A stretch of DNA of 64,000 nt from Phycisphaerae bacterium (GTDB taxonomy: Bacteria > Planctomycetota > Phycisphaerae > UBA1845). This document shows positions 28,567 through 37,500 of the stretch, one piece after another. A program made the position numbers and the translations under genes. The stretch lies in the NCBI GenBank assembly GCA_035356615.1, contig DAOQSN010000003.1, positions 9,835-73,834 on the forward strand. Reading direction: 5' to 3'. Numbering within the stretch: the first letter of the stretch is position 1; every line of letters begins with the position of its first letter. The notes under the pieces were generated by a model, which was given only the letters and a program-made list of their open reading frames with translations, searched no databases and was not told where the DNA came from.

Positions 28567-31500
28567 CTATTCTGTCACTACGAAGCTCCGGTGGGCGCGC
28601 AGACATACGTACTGCCCGGTGTCCGGGTCGCAGAGGTACATGCGCAGGTCCAGGTGAACCCGCCCGGCCGGCCCGGTGGTAAACGTGCACAGCGGCGCCT
28701 GCGGGCCGGCATAGCCCTCGGTCACCTCGTCGGAGAGCACGTGCGCCAAATAGAAGTGCGGCGGCAGATCGTCGTCGCCTTCCAGTTGCGGCCGGTAATC
28801 CTCCGGGATGTCCACCGCCTGGAAGTGGCCGGTAGCGGCCCAGGCCCCGGTGGACGCCGGTGCGGCATCCGAGAATGCGTCGGCGCCGGTGTCGGTGAAT
28901 GCTGCGAGCATGTACTGATTGACGGCGTCGGTGTCAGCGCGGCAGTGCAGTTCATATGTGGTGTACGGTGCAAGAACGCGCACTGCCGCCCGGCGGTTGG
29001 GCCGGCGGACCTCGAAAGTCAAATCGGCTTCCGTGCAGAGGGGGCCTTGCGGCGGCAGCAGAACGCGGGGCTCTCCTTCCGGCAGCGAACCGCCGCCCAT
29101 GAGCAGGTATCCCTCGCCCCCGCTTGGGCCCGAGAAATTGGCGAAGAAGAGCTGGTAGTCCGTCAGGTCCACGTCGTCATCGCTGTCGAGATCGGCGGCG
29201 CCGCACCCCGGCGGGTAGCCGACCCCTGCGCCGAGCAGGCAGACTGCGAAAGTACCGAAGTCGGCCAAGTCAACATCGCAGTCGTCGTCGACGTCTCCCG
29301 GCAGGGTCAAGGACGTCATCGTCAGTGTCGCCGCGTCGCTGATGACTGAACCGCAATGCCACACGCGCACGCGATAGTCGCCGGCGTCGGCCGCCCGGGC
29401 GTCGGCAATCACCAGCGTGGGCGTTGTCGCTCCGGAGATGACGCTGCCGTAGCCGGTCGGACCGTCGAACAACGGTGTGCTATCGCGGTACCATTGATAC
29501 TCCAAGGGTCCGCACCCGCATGCGTCGACGGCGAATGAGGGCGTGCCGCACGCCTCGACGGCCTGATCGTCTGGCTGGGTCACCCGTGGTGGCGCTGCGT
29601 CGTTCCATCGCGCGATATGTCGCGCCGGGAGTCCTCCAGAGGTCACGAACTGGCCGCCGGCGAACAGGGCCGGCAGATGCGGCGCGCAGTCTGCTTCGGG
29701 GTAGACCGTCAAGGCACGCACACAGTTGTTCATCCCCGACCCCAGTGGGTGCCAGGCGCTGCCGTCCCAGCGGGCGATCCTGTCGCATGGACCACCGCTG
29801 GCGCTCATGAAGTCGCCGCCTGCGATCAACTCGCCGTTGAAGACCGCAAGGGCACGCAGAGCGTCGTTCGTCCCCGACCCCACTGGCTGCCAGGTGCTCC
29901 CGTTCCAGCAGGCGATGTAGTTGCACGTCACGCCGCCAGCGGTCGTGAAACTACCTCCCGCGATCAGCTCGCCGTTGTAGACCCTCAGCGCGTACACATA
30001 ACCGTTCATCCCCGACCCCAGCGGCTGCCAGGTGCTACCGTTCCAGCGGGCGATCCGGTTGCACGGCACGCCGCCAGCCGTCGTGAAACCGCCCCCCGCG
30101 ATCAAATCACCGTTGTGGGCCGTTAGGGCGGTCACGGCGCCGCTGTTCATCCCCGACCCCAGCGGCTGCCAGACGGCGCCGTCCCAGCGGGCGATGTAGA
30201 GGCACGACACGCCGCCGGCGGTCGTGAACCAGCCCCCCGCAATCAGCTCGCCATTGTAGACCCTCAGGGCGTACACATCACCGTTCATCCCCGACCCCAG
30301 CGGATGCCAGGTGCTACCGTTCCAGCGGGCGATCCGGTTGCACGGCACGCCGCCCGCCGTCGTGAAACCGCCCCCCGCGATCAAATCGCCGTTGTAGACC
30401 GACAGGGCTTGCACGTATGGGTAACTGCCGCCCATCCCCGATCCCAGCGGTTGCCAGTCCAAACCATCCCATTGGGCGATGTAGTTCACGTCCAGCCCGC
30501 CCGCATGTCGGAGTTCGCCGCCCACCATGAGCACGGGCGGTTGCGGACCAGCGCCATCACGGTCCCACACAGTCATCGCCAGCACACGACCGTCCAAGCC
30601 CAGGTACCCATCCGGAAACTGCTCCACCCAGCCGAGGCAGGGACACCCCGGCTGGCACTCGTCGGGCACGCCGTCACCCTGGCAATCCTCGCTAGTTCCC
30701 GCATGGATATCGCAACAGTCGCGTACGCCGTTCTGATTGCAGTCCGCCCACCAGCATTCCGGTTCGCACTCATCCGGGACGTCATTCTCGTTGCAGTCGT
30801 CGCTCAGCCCGGAGCCGATGTCGCAACAGTCGCTTTTCCCGTTCTGATTGCAGTCCTCCCAGCATTCCGGCTCGCACTCGTCCGGTACGCCGCTGACGTT
30901 ACAGTCTAGGCTGGTGCCGTGGTAGATATCGCAACTGTCTGGGGTGTCGTTGTCGTTGCAGTCCGGCTGCGGCATGTAGCCCTCGAAATCAGCGGCCATG
31001 TAGGACTGCGTGTCACAAGCCAAGCTGCTCGAGAGCCCACCATACGGGCTGTCGCTGTAGATCACCACGTCGCGCACGTAGTATGGCCCATCGATGCCGC
31101 GTTGCCCGATCAGGGTACCGTTGAAGGTGAGCGTCAAGCTCTCGACGGCGCCGCCGGTTAGGTACTGGGTGCCGTATGCGAACTGGAGGTGCTCCCCACA
31201 TGGGCCAACCAGCCGAACGTCATAGATGTACACGCGCGTATCGGTGACGAGGACGCCGAGATCGACGCGAAGTTGGTCGAACAGCCCGTTGCCGTTGCTG
31301 TCGATCCCGGCGTCGGAATTGACGCCCGTGAGCTGAATCGCCGGATGCTCGAACGACGCAACCAGCCACGCTTGGGTTGGCTGCGAGCCGTCCTGAACCA
31401 AGTCGGTCGGCATCGCGCCGGACTCGCTCCAAAGGACCAGTTCGGCCTGGGTGATCGTATAGGGCGCGTCCTCGTTGATGTTGGTGATATCCTCGGCTGA

Positions 31501-32541
31501 AATCTGGGCCGACACGGTCGTCGAGCCGACCGGTAGTGAGGCTGTGCCGTGTCCCTGGAGCGTCTGTCCCAAGGCCGTTTCGAGCGTCACGTGCAGCGCG
31601 TACTCTCCGGCGACGAATACAGTAACCGGAGCTGTGATGGCGAGGAACTCGTACAGCCCGTTACCGTTCGTGTCGACTCCGGCATCGCCGAGGAGCGTCG
31701 AGTCGAACGTCGCGGTGGGTACCACCACCTCGAGCTGCGCGGCCACGTGCCGCAGGAAGCTGTGCCCCATGCTGGTCGTGCCGGTGATCTCGGCCATGGC
31801 GGTGTACTGCCCGACCTCGTTGGCTTGGAAGACCGCGCTATAGAGCCCGTCACCGACAGTGTCATCGGCGTTCAGGCCGTCGTCCAGCAGCACCAAGGGG
31901 ATCACATCGCCCGCCGGTGGCATAAGATTGACTGTCACCGTGGCGCCCACGACTGGCGTCGAGTTCTCGTACACCGCGGCCACGACGACACTGTACTTAC
32001 CCTGGACCAGGATCGCGTCGGTCATGAACAGAGCGGCCGCAACGGGGCTGTCCGTCGTGACCTGAGTGATTACCGCGACGTCCTGCGTCAGCCCGCTGCC
32101 TGCGAAGCTCACCACATAGCTGCCTGGACCAAGAGCCGGGAAAACGTACACGTGGTGATACCCCGGGGCGCTGGCGGGCATGATCATGAAACTATCGGGC
32201 TCGTCAGTACCCTCGAAGTCGCCGTATTCGCCACCGAAATTGGCGATTGTCTGCGGATCGAGTATCTCGCTGTTGGGCCCGGTGATGCTCGTCGTCAGCG
32301 CTCCGCCCGAGGACGTGATCTGCACGTAGATCACCGTGCAGTCGTCGATGGCGAAGGAGGCGGTCTCGCTGGGCACCTCGGGAGCCAGATGCTCCACCGC
32401 GGTCTGAGTTCTCTGCAAGGCCACCAAAACGTCGGGGTCCTGCGCTCGAGCGGCGCCCGTACCCGCAGCCGACGTCGCAGCGAGCACGACACCCACCGTC
32501 AAAGTCAATCGCGCCCATCGGGAACTTCCCACTGCCTTCAT
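28567..32541 (-). CDS. Giant secreted protein: Ig-like/adhesin N-region, Cys-rich triple repeat, 6-7-bladed beta-propeller repeats, Ig-like domain and dockerin-like module
   Basis: Signal peptide MKAVGSSRWARLTLTVGVVLAATSAAGTGAARA. Three copies of CNQNG..DCCDI..G.S.DCN.N.VPDECEPEC. About 47-aa repeats IARWNGSTWQPLGSGMNG.VYALRVYNGELIAGG.FTTAGGV.C. DVDDDCDVDLADF / DLDSDDDVDLTDY. Confidence 0.85.
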   Translation of the reverse strand: MKAVGSSRWARLTLTVGVVLAATSAAGTGAARAQDPDVLVALQRTQTAVEHLAPEVPSETASFAIDDCTVIYVQITSSGGALTTSITGPNSEILDPQTIANFGGEYGDFEGTDEPDSFMIMPASAPGYHHVYVFPALGPGSYVVSFAGSGLTQDVAVITQVTTDSPVAAALFMTDAILVQGKYSVVVAAVYENSTPVVGATVTVNLMPPAGDVIPLVLLDDGLNADDTVGDGLYSAVFQANEVGQYTAMAEITGTTSMGHSFLRHVAAQLEVVVPTATFDSTLLGDAGVDTNGNGLYEFLAITAPVTVFVAGEYALHVTLETALGQTLQGHGTASLPVGSTTVSAQISAEDITNINEDAPYTITQAELVLWSESGAMPTDLVQDGSQPTQAWLVASFEHPAIQLTGVNSDAGIDSNGNGLFDQLRVDLGVLVTDTRVYIYDVRLVGPCGEHLQFAYGTQYLTGGAVESLTLTFNGTLIGQRGIDGPYYVRDVVIYSDSPYGGLSSSLACDTQSYMAADFEGYMPQPDCNDNDTPDSCDIYHGTSLDCNVSGVPDECEPECWEDCNQNGKSDCCDIGSGLSDDCNENDVPDECEPECWWADCNQNGVRDCCDIHAGTSEDCQGDGVPDECQPGCPCLGWVEQFPDGYLGLDGRVLAMTVWDRDGAGPQPPVLMVGGELRHAGGLDVNYIAQWDGLDWQPLGSGMGGSYPYVQALSVYNGDLIAGGGFTTAGGVPCNRIARWNGSTWHPLGSGMNGDVYALRVYNGELIAGGWFTTAGGVSCLYIARWDGAVWQPLGSGMNSGAVTALTAHNGDLIAGGGFTTAGGVPCNRIARWNGSTWQPLGSGMNGYVYALRVYNGELIAGGSFTTAGGVTCNYIACWNGSTWQPVGSGTNDALRALAVFNGELIAGGDFMSASGGPCDRIARWDGSAWHPLGSGMNNCVRALTVYPEADCAPHLPALFAGGQFVTSGGLPARHIARWNDAAPPRVTQPDDQAVEACGTPSFAVDACGCGPLEYQWYRDSTPLFDGPTGYGSVISGATTPTLVIADARAADAGDYRVRVWHCGSVISDAATLTMTSLTLPGDVDDDCDVDLADFGTFAVCLLGAGVGYPPGCGAADLDSDDDVDLTDYQLFFANFSGPSGGEGYLLMGGGSLPEGEPRVLLPPQGPLCTEADLTFEVRRPNRRAAVRVLAPYTTYELHCRADTDAVNQYMLAAFTDTGADAFSDAAPASTGAWAATGHFQAVDIPEDYRPQLEGDDDLPPHFYLAHVLSDEVTEGYAGPQAPLCTFTTGPAGRVHLDLRMYLCDPDTGQYVCLRAHRSFVVTE

Positions 32542-33269
32542 TGGTCATCCCCCTGCTTCAGGTTTGTAGGGACGATGCAAAGCTTGGCCTCCGAAACGTA
32601 GACTACGTACCGCTCGTCGTAGGACCAGCACGGCGCGGGTATCCACATCTCGGGGGGAGGCAGCGCCACCGGCTTGCCCACGCGGGTTCCATCGGAGCGC
32701 TCGAAGACCTCGTGGTACTGCTCCTCGTAAGACCACCCGCCCCCCCCGATGAACGGAACTGGGGAAAGCGAGAAATGCTGCTTCCGCTTCGCCGAGAACA
32801 CCGCCACGTACCGCCCGGACGGCGATGCCACCGCGTTGACCACTGTGGGCTTGGCCGTCGACAGGACTCGCCCCTGGAACTTCAATGTGCCGCTCGGAAG
32901 ATCGAACGCAAACGGGTCGATCGTTTGAGCTTCAGCCCTGCAGTCGCAGACGACGCCCGTCGCTGCCGTCCACGCCGCTGCCCCCACGGGCTCCAGCCGC
33001 TCTGCTCCCGGCTGATAGCGGTAGATTACGCTGTCGGGTGGCGGCACACTCGCAGCGAGATCCGCACCGGCCGCTTCCGTCGGCGTCACGGTGCGCAGGA
33101 GCAGGTCGGCCGCGTCGGGTGAGGAGCCGCGGAGCAGGAGCTGGTACGCGTCCTCCCAGCCCGGCGTGTCATAGACCGGCAGGTCGGGCGCACGCCGTCT
33201 GCAACTTGCGCCCAGCAGCAAGCCGCCCACGGTCAACACCACCACCAGCAGTACGTCTCGGAACGCCAT
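32538..33269 (-). CDS. Putative lipoprotein/periplasmic protein, tandem paralog 1 (PD40/TolB-like SPSGRYVAV motifs)
   Basis: MAFRDVLLVVVLTVGGLLLGASC signal with a lipobox-like Cys. Its stop overlaps the ATG of the giant gene (ATGA). Confidence 0.75.
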   Translation of the reverse strand: MAFRDVLLVVVLTVGGLLLGASCRRRAPDLPVYDTPGWEDAYQLLLRGSSPDAADLLLRTVTPTEAAGADLAASVPPPDSVIYRYQPGAERLEPVGAAAWTAATGVVCDCRAEAQTIDPFAFDLPSGTLKFQGRVLSTAKPTVVNAVASPSGRYVAVFSAKRKQHFSLSPVPFIGGGGWSYEEQYHEVFERSDGTRVGKPVALPPPEMWIPAPCWSYDERYVVYVSEAKLCIVPTNLKQGDDQ

Positions 33270-33449
33270 GATTTCACCTCGGTTTCAGGTCGCCATTGGC
33301 GCGCTCGACGTTAATCAACCACGGACCGACCGTCGCAGCCACACCGGTGTCCGCGACACTCGCGTGGTTTCGCCCGGCGTTCCGGCGACGGTGACGCCTA
33401 CTGCCAAGGTCAGTCTCGGGCCTCGGGAACTTCCCATCGCCTTCATCGG

Positions 33450-34184
33450 TCATTCTCCTCTCTCTACGTCCGTAGGGACGATGCAAAGGATGATGCCGGC
33501 AGAATCGCGGTAGACCACATACCGTTCGTCGCAGGACCAGCAGGCCATCGTCCCCCAGTTGACCGAGCTCAGCGGCAGCGCCACCGCCGCGCCGAGGCGG
33601 GTTCCGTCGGAACGTTTGAGCACTTCGTGATAGTGTTGCTCGATGCACCCGCCTCCGCCCATAAAAGGAACCGGCGAAAACGAATGACGCCGCGTCCGCT
33701 CACCCGAGACCACGGCCACGTACCGCCCGGACGGCGAGGGCACCACGTTCGCGAGCGAGGGCTTGGCCGTCGTTACGGCTCGGCCTTGAAACGTCAACGT
33801 GTCGCTCTGATAATCGACCCCGAACGGATCAATCGGTTGGGCCTCCTGGGCCACACAATCGCAAACCTCCCCGGTCGCCGCCGTCCAGGCCGAAGCGCGC
33901 ACGGTCTCCAGCCGTTGTGCTCCGGGCTGATAACGGTAGATCACGCTGTCGGGAGACGGCGCACTCGTCACCCGATGGGCTGCGACTGGTTCCGGCACCG
34001 CAAACGCGCGCAGCAGCAGGTCGGTGCTCCCGGGAGCGGAGCTGCGCAGCACGAATTGGCCAGCCCCCCCCCAGTCCGCAGTGTCGTAAACCGGCAGGTC
34101 CGGCGCGCGCCGCCTGCAACTCGCGCCCAGTAGCAGGCCGCCGAGGCTCAACAAGACCACCATCAAGATGTCTCGGAAAGCCAT
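33450..34184 (-). CDS. Putative lipoprotein, tandem paralog 2
   Basis: MAFRDILMVVLLSLGGLLLGASC... About 60% identical by eye to paralogs 1 and 3. Confidence 0.75.
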   Translation of the reverse strand: MAFRDILMVVLLSLGGLLLGASCRRRAPDLPVYDTADWGGAGQFVLRSSAPGSTDLLLRAFAVPEPVAAHRVTSAPSPDSVIYRYQPGAQRLETVRASAWTAATGEVCDCVAQEAQPIDPFGVDYQSDTLTFQGRAVTTAKPSLANVVPSPSGRYVAVVSGERTRRHSFSPVPFMGGGGCIEQHYHEVLKRSDGTRLGAAVALPLSSVNWGTMACWSCDERYVVYRDSAGIILCIVPTDVERGE

Positions 34185-34364
34185 GATTTCACCTCGGTTT
34201 CAGGTCGCCATTGGCGCGCTCGACGTTAATCAACCACGGAGCCACATTCGCGACCACGCCGGCGTCCGCGACACTCACGTGGTTTCGCTCGGCGTCGCGG
34301 CGAGCACCACGCCTACTGTCAGGGTCGCCCTCGGACATCCGGAACTTCCCATTGCCTCCGTCGG

Positions 34365-35087
34365 TCATTCGCCCTTCTTTACGTTCGCAGGGACAATGCA
34401 AAGCTTGCCATCTGAAGCGTAGACTACATGCCGCTCGTCGCAGGACCAGCAGGCTATCGCCCCCCCCATGTACATGGCCTTGGGCAGGGTCACCACCCGG
34501 CCGACGCGGGTTCCGTCGGAACGCCTGAACAACTCGTGGTAGTACTGCCAACCGACTGTGTCCCCCACCCCCGAAAACGAGACCGGCGCAAGCCCGTTAC
34601 GCCGCAGCCTCTTGGCCGAAAGCACCGCCACGTACCGCCCGGACGGCGATGTCCGCGCCGTCAGCACTTTGGCACCGCCCGTCGTCAGGGCTCGGCCTTG
34701 AAACGTCAGGGTATGGGTCCGGTAGTCGAACACCAACGGGTCGATCGCCCCCTGCGTCGCCGAGTCGCAGATTGCTCCCGTCGCTGCCGTCCACGCCGCA
34801 GCCCCCACGGGCTCCAACCGGTCTGCTCCGGGCTCATAGCGGTAGATCACGCGGTCGGTCGGCGCGCTGCCCGCGGCGTCGGGCGAGCGCCTTTCCGCCT
34901 CCGTCAAGGTGCGAAGCAGCAGGTCGGTGCTGTCGGGTGCGGAACTGCGGAGCAGGAGCCGCGACGCACCCTCCCAATCCGGGGTGTCATAGACCTGCAG
35001 ATCCGGAGGGCGCTGCCTGCAACTCGCGCCCAGCAACAGCCCGCCCAGGCTCAGCAAGACCGTCGCCAGGATGTCTCGGAACGCCAT
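34365..35087 (-). CDS. Putative lipoprotein, tandem paralog 3
   Basis: MAFRDILATVLLSLGGLLLGASC... It starts 4 nt after the stop of the upstream hydrolase gene. Confidence 0.75.
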   Translation of the reverse strand: MAFRDILATVLLSLGGLLLGASCRQRPPDLQVYDTPDWEGASRLLLRSSAPDSTDLLLRTLTEAERRSPDAAGSAPTDRVIYRYEPGADRLEPVGAAAWTAATGAICDSATQGAIDPLVFDYRTHTLTFQGRALTTGGAKVLTARTSPSGRYVAVLSAKRLRRNGLAPVSFSGVGDTVGWQYYHELFRRSDGTRVGRVVTLPKAMYMGGAIACWSCDERHVVYASDGKLCIVPANVKKGE

Positions 35088-35091
35088 GATT

Positions 35092-36738
35092 TCACCTCGG
35101 TTTCAGGTCGCCATTGGCGCGCTCGACGTTGACCAACCACGGACTGACCGTCGCGGCCACACCGGCGTCGGCGACATTCGCGTGGTTTCGCCCGGCGGCA
35201 CCGAGGAATGTGAACGTGTTGGTCACCCGCGGCTGGAGACTGCCCAACCCGACCCCGCTCGGGACCGTCACGAGTGTGTCGTTGCCCAGTGGAACCGGGT
35301 TGGGCACGCCCGTCATCGTGGCCACCGTGATCGAGCCCACGCCTATGTTGACGCGCCGGAAGCTCAGGGTTACCGCCGACGTGTTCCGCAAGACCTGATA
35401 CAACGTGTCGACGATCTCCCGCGAGAGAAGGACACTCTGGGAGTGGATGATGGCCAACGCAATACTCTCGGCCCGCAGGGCGGCATACTCGTCCGTCCCG
35501 TAGTAATCAATCATCGCGTTGCCGTTGGTATCCGCGTCGGCCGCGACCGTGTTATACACGATGTCGCCGGGCAGCCTCCCGATGTTGCCCCGATTGAACG
35601 CGGCACAGACATTGGTACGCAGGTCCGGCCTGCCAGGGTCGGGGCGCGTCAGGTAGGCCAAGGCGTTCGCCATGCCCGGAAGACCGTCGAATTCGACGTA
35701 GGTGGCCAGCACTGCGGCGCTTCGGTGGGTCTCGGCGACGTCAGCCAGGACGCTGCCGTTATGGGGCGTGCTCAATGTGGTATAAGATAGAATCTTGAAC
35801 GTGTTCCGATGGGCCGGATAGTATCGATCGAGGAACTCGCGCGTGTCGAGGCCGCCCTTGCTGTGGCAGACCAGGTGGACGCTGTCCACGCCGAACTGAC
35901 GCACGATCGGCGGGATTTGGGTGCTGAGCCGGCCGCCGTTGTCCATCCGGGCGGCGGTCGGCAGGTCGATCGTGTTGTTCCAGAGCAGGAACTGGGCGTC
36001 GAGACCCGTTGTGAAGCCCCGCCGCGCGAAGAAGCCGCCGTCCGACTCATTCCCGTGAATCAGGATGACCGGCGACATGCACTGGATCTCAATTGTGACC
36101 CAATCGATGGCCGTACACCACCGCTCCTCGGGAAAGTTGGCGGTGTCGATGTCGATTCTGATTATATTGTCACGCGGGATGGGTGGGTCGCCTCCCGTGC
36201 CGGGCGCCTCGGGAAACAAGACAAACTGGATCGGCACCCTAAACGAGTTCAACCGCCACTGGTTGTTAACGCCCTGGAGAAACTCACTGTTCTCGTGATC
36301 GAGCATGTTCATCGGGACGCCGTTGAAGCTCGCGCGGTCGCGCTCGCAAGGCGGTGTGGAATAAGGGAGGCAGTCGTAGTCAACGTCCGACACTGGCATG
36401 CTGATGACAGCATAGCGCGAGATCAAACCGCGCGCGATGAGCTCCTCGGCGTGGACCAGACGTCCGTCAGGGTAGGTCGGCCCAAGGTAGCGGGTGGTCT
36501 GACAGGTGATGATAAGCGGTCCTTGGCTGCGGAACAAGCACTCGGTATCGAGACCGGAGCCCGCGTCGACGACGAAGGTTCGGTCGTCACGCGTGGGAGC
36601 CGGGAAGGGAGATGAACCCCGTCCGTCCCATTCCGGAGGTGGGTCGTCAACGTCATTCGCCTGCGCCGGGCAGACCCAGAGCAAGTTGGTGAGCAGCAGC
36701 CCGCCGAGCCAGAGCTTCAACACGCTGCACGCCTTCAT
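35092..36738 (-). CDS. Secreted alpha/beta-hydrolase, lipase/esterase-like
   Basis: ATG at 36738 lies after TAAGGAGGAAG. Signal peptide MKACSVLKLWLGGLLLTNLLWVCPAQA. VILIHGNESDGG and the nucleophile elbow VHLVCHSKGGLDT. Confidence 0.75.
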   Translation of the reverse strand: MKACSVLKLWLGGLLLTNLLWVCPAQANDVDDPPPEWDGRGSSPFPAPTRDDRTFVVDAGSGLDTECLFRSQGPLIITCQTTRYLGPTYPDGRLVHAEELIARGLISRYAVISMPVSDVDYDCLPYSTPPCERDRASFNGVPMNMLDHENSEFLQGVNNQWRLNSFRVPIQFVLFPEAPGTGGDPPIPRDNIIRIDIDTANFPEERWCTAIDWVTIEIQCMSPVILIHGNESDGGFFARRGFTTGLDAQFLLWNNTIDLPTAARMDNGGRLSTQIPPIVRQFGVDSVHLVCHSKGGLDTREFLDRYYPAHRNTFKILSYTTLSTPHNGSVLADVAETHRSAAVLATYVEFDGLPGMANALAYLTRPDPGRPDLRTNVCAAFNRGNIGRLPGDIVYNTVAADADTNGNAMIDYYGTDEYAALRAESIALAIIHSQSVLLSREIVDTLYQVLRNTSAVTLSFRRVNIGVGSITVATMTGVPNPVPLGNDTLVTVPSGVGLGSLQPRVTNTFTFLGAAGRNHANVADAGVAATVSPWLVNVERANGDLKPR

Positions 36739-37219
36739 GATCTTCCTCCTTAGTCTCGACGATCGTCGTGCCGCCGCCACCGCCAGCGCGATCATTCTAA
36801 TCCGAGTTGCCCTCTTCGTCCGCGCCTCCACACACCCGACTTGCCGGAACTTACACACTTTACGGAAGCGTCTCTTGGCATCCTATAGCCTGCCCTTCCC
36901 TCGCGTCAAACTCCGCGGGGAGGCGTGCCTCAATCGGGGGTTGGCGGGGGGATTGGTGGTTCAGGCTACCCGACCAGAACCGGCATGCGGTGGCCGAGGA
37001 TGCCCCATGAGGCGGAGCACGGTGAGCACACTCCGTGGTCACAACTCTCGGGCGCGGCGCAACTTGTGGTCGCCGGGACGCACGGAACATATAGTTGACC
37101 GTGCGCAACCGTGCGACAATCGGGGTATCGCTGCCCCGCGTGGGCTGAAACCCCGTATGTGCTTAGCATCTGGTGGGCGGTGGGTAAGCGTGCTTGTGCT
37201 CCGCCCGGCGTGTTCGCTT

Positions 37220-37262
37220 CCCCTACCCTCACCCCAGCCCCTCTCCCTACGAGGGAGAGGGG
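37220..37262. repeat. Dispersed repeat CCCCTACCCTCACCCC-AGCCCCTCTCCCTacgAGGGAGAGGGG (opposite orientation to the 28484 copy)
   Basis: Read directly. Confidence 0.85.
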
Positions 37263-37397
37263 TTCCTGGTCGCAGGCCCACCCACAGTGGGCGAAGGGAC
37301 GGCGGCGACGCTAAACACATCCGACGCCCGCGGCTCGCCTGCGTCGCGGAATCGCACACGGTCGCTTCTGCACGCCCCACAGGCCGGACGCGGACCA

Positions 37398-37480
37398 CGG
37401 CGGGTGGAACCCGGCCCGCACCATGTGAACCGCGGCGGGTGGAACCCGCACTACGCTGGGACCGCGGCGGGTGGAACCCG
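37398..37480. repeat. Three direct copies of CGGCGGGTGGAACCCG spaced 32-35 bp
   Basis: Copies at 37398-37413, 37433-37448 and 37465-37480. Confidence 0.8.
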
Positions 37481-37500
37481 GCCTGCGGTGAGGCTGCCCG

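Larger units (their letters stand above)
32480..35190 (-). repeat. About 0.9-kb tandem triplication (units start at 33269, 34184 and 35087) with chimeric junction scars
   Basis: Each inter-paralog spacer holds a copy of the giant gene's first ~20 codons (MKAMGSSRGPRLTLAVGV / .EAMGSSGCPRATLTVGVVLAAT). This is fused to a copy of the hydrolase gene's last ~95 nt (RNH.SVAD.GV...PWLINVERANGDLKPR*). Confidence 0.85.

Noticed and set aside
37398-37480. Spaced direct repeats as a possible mini-CRISPR array (also 58993-59064 and 48132-48203)
   Set aside because: Repeat units of 16-24 bp have spacers of only 0-19 bp, there are just three copies, and no cas genes are present. The latter two are contiguous tandem repeats.
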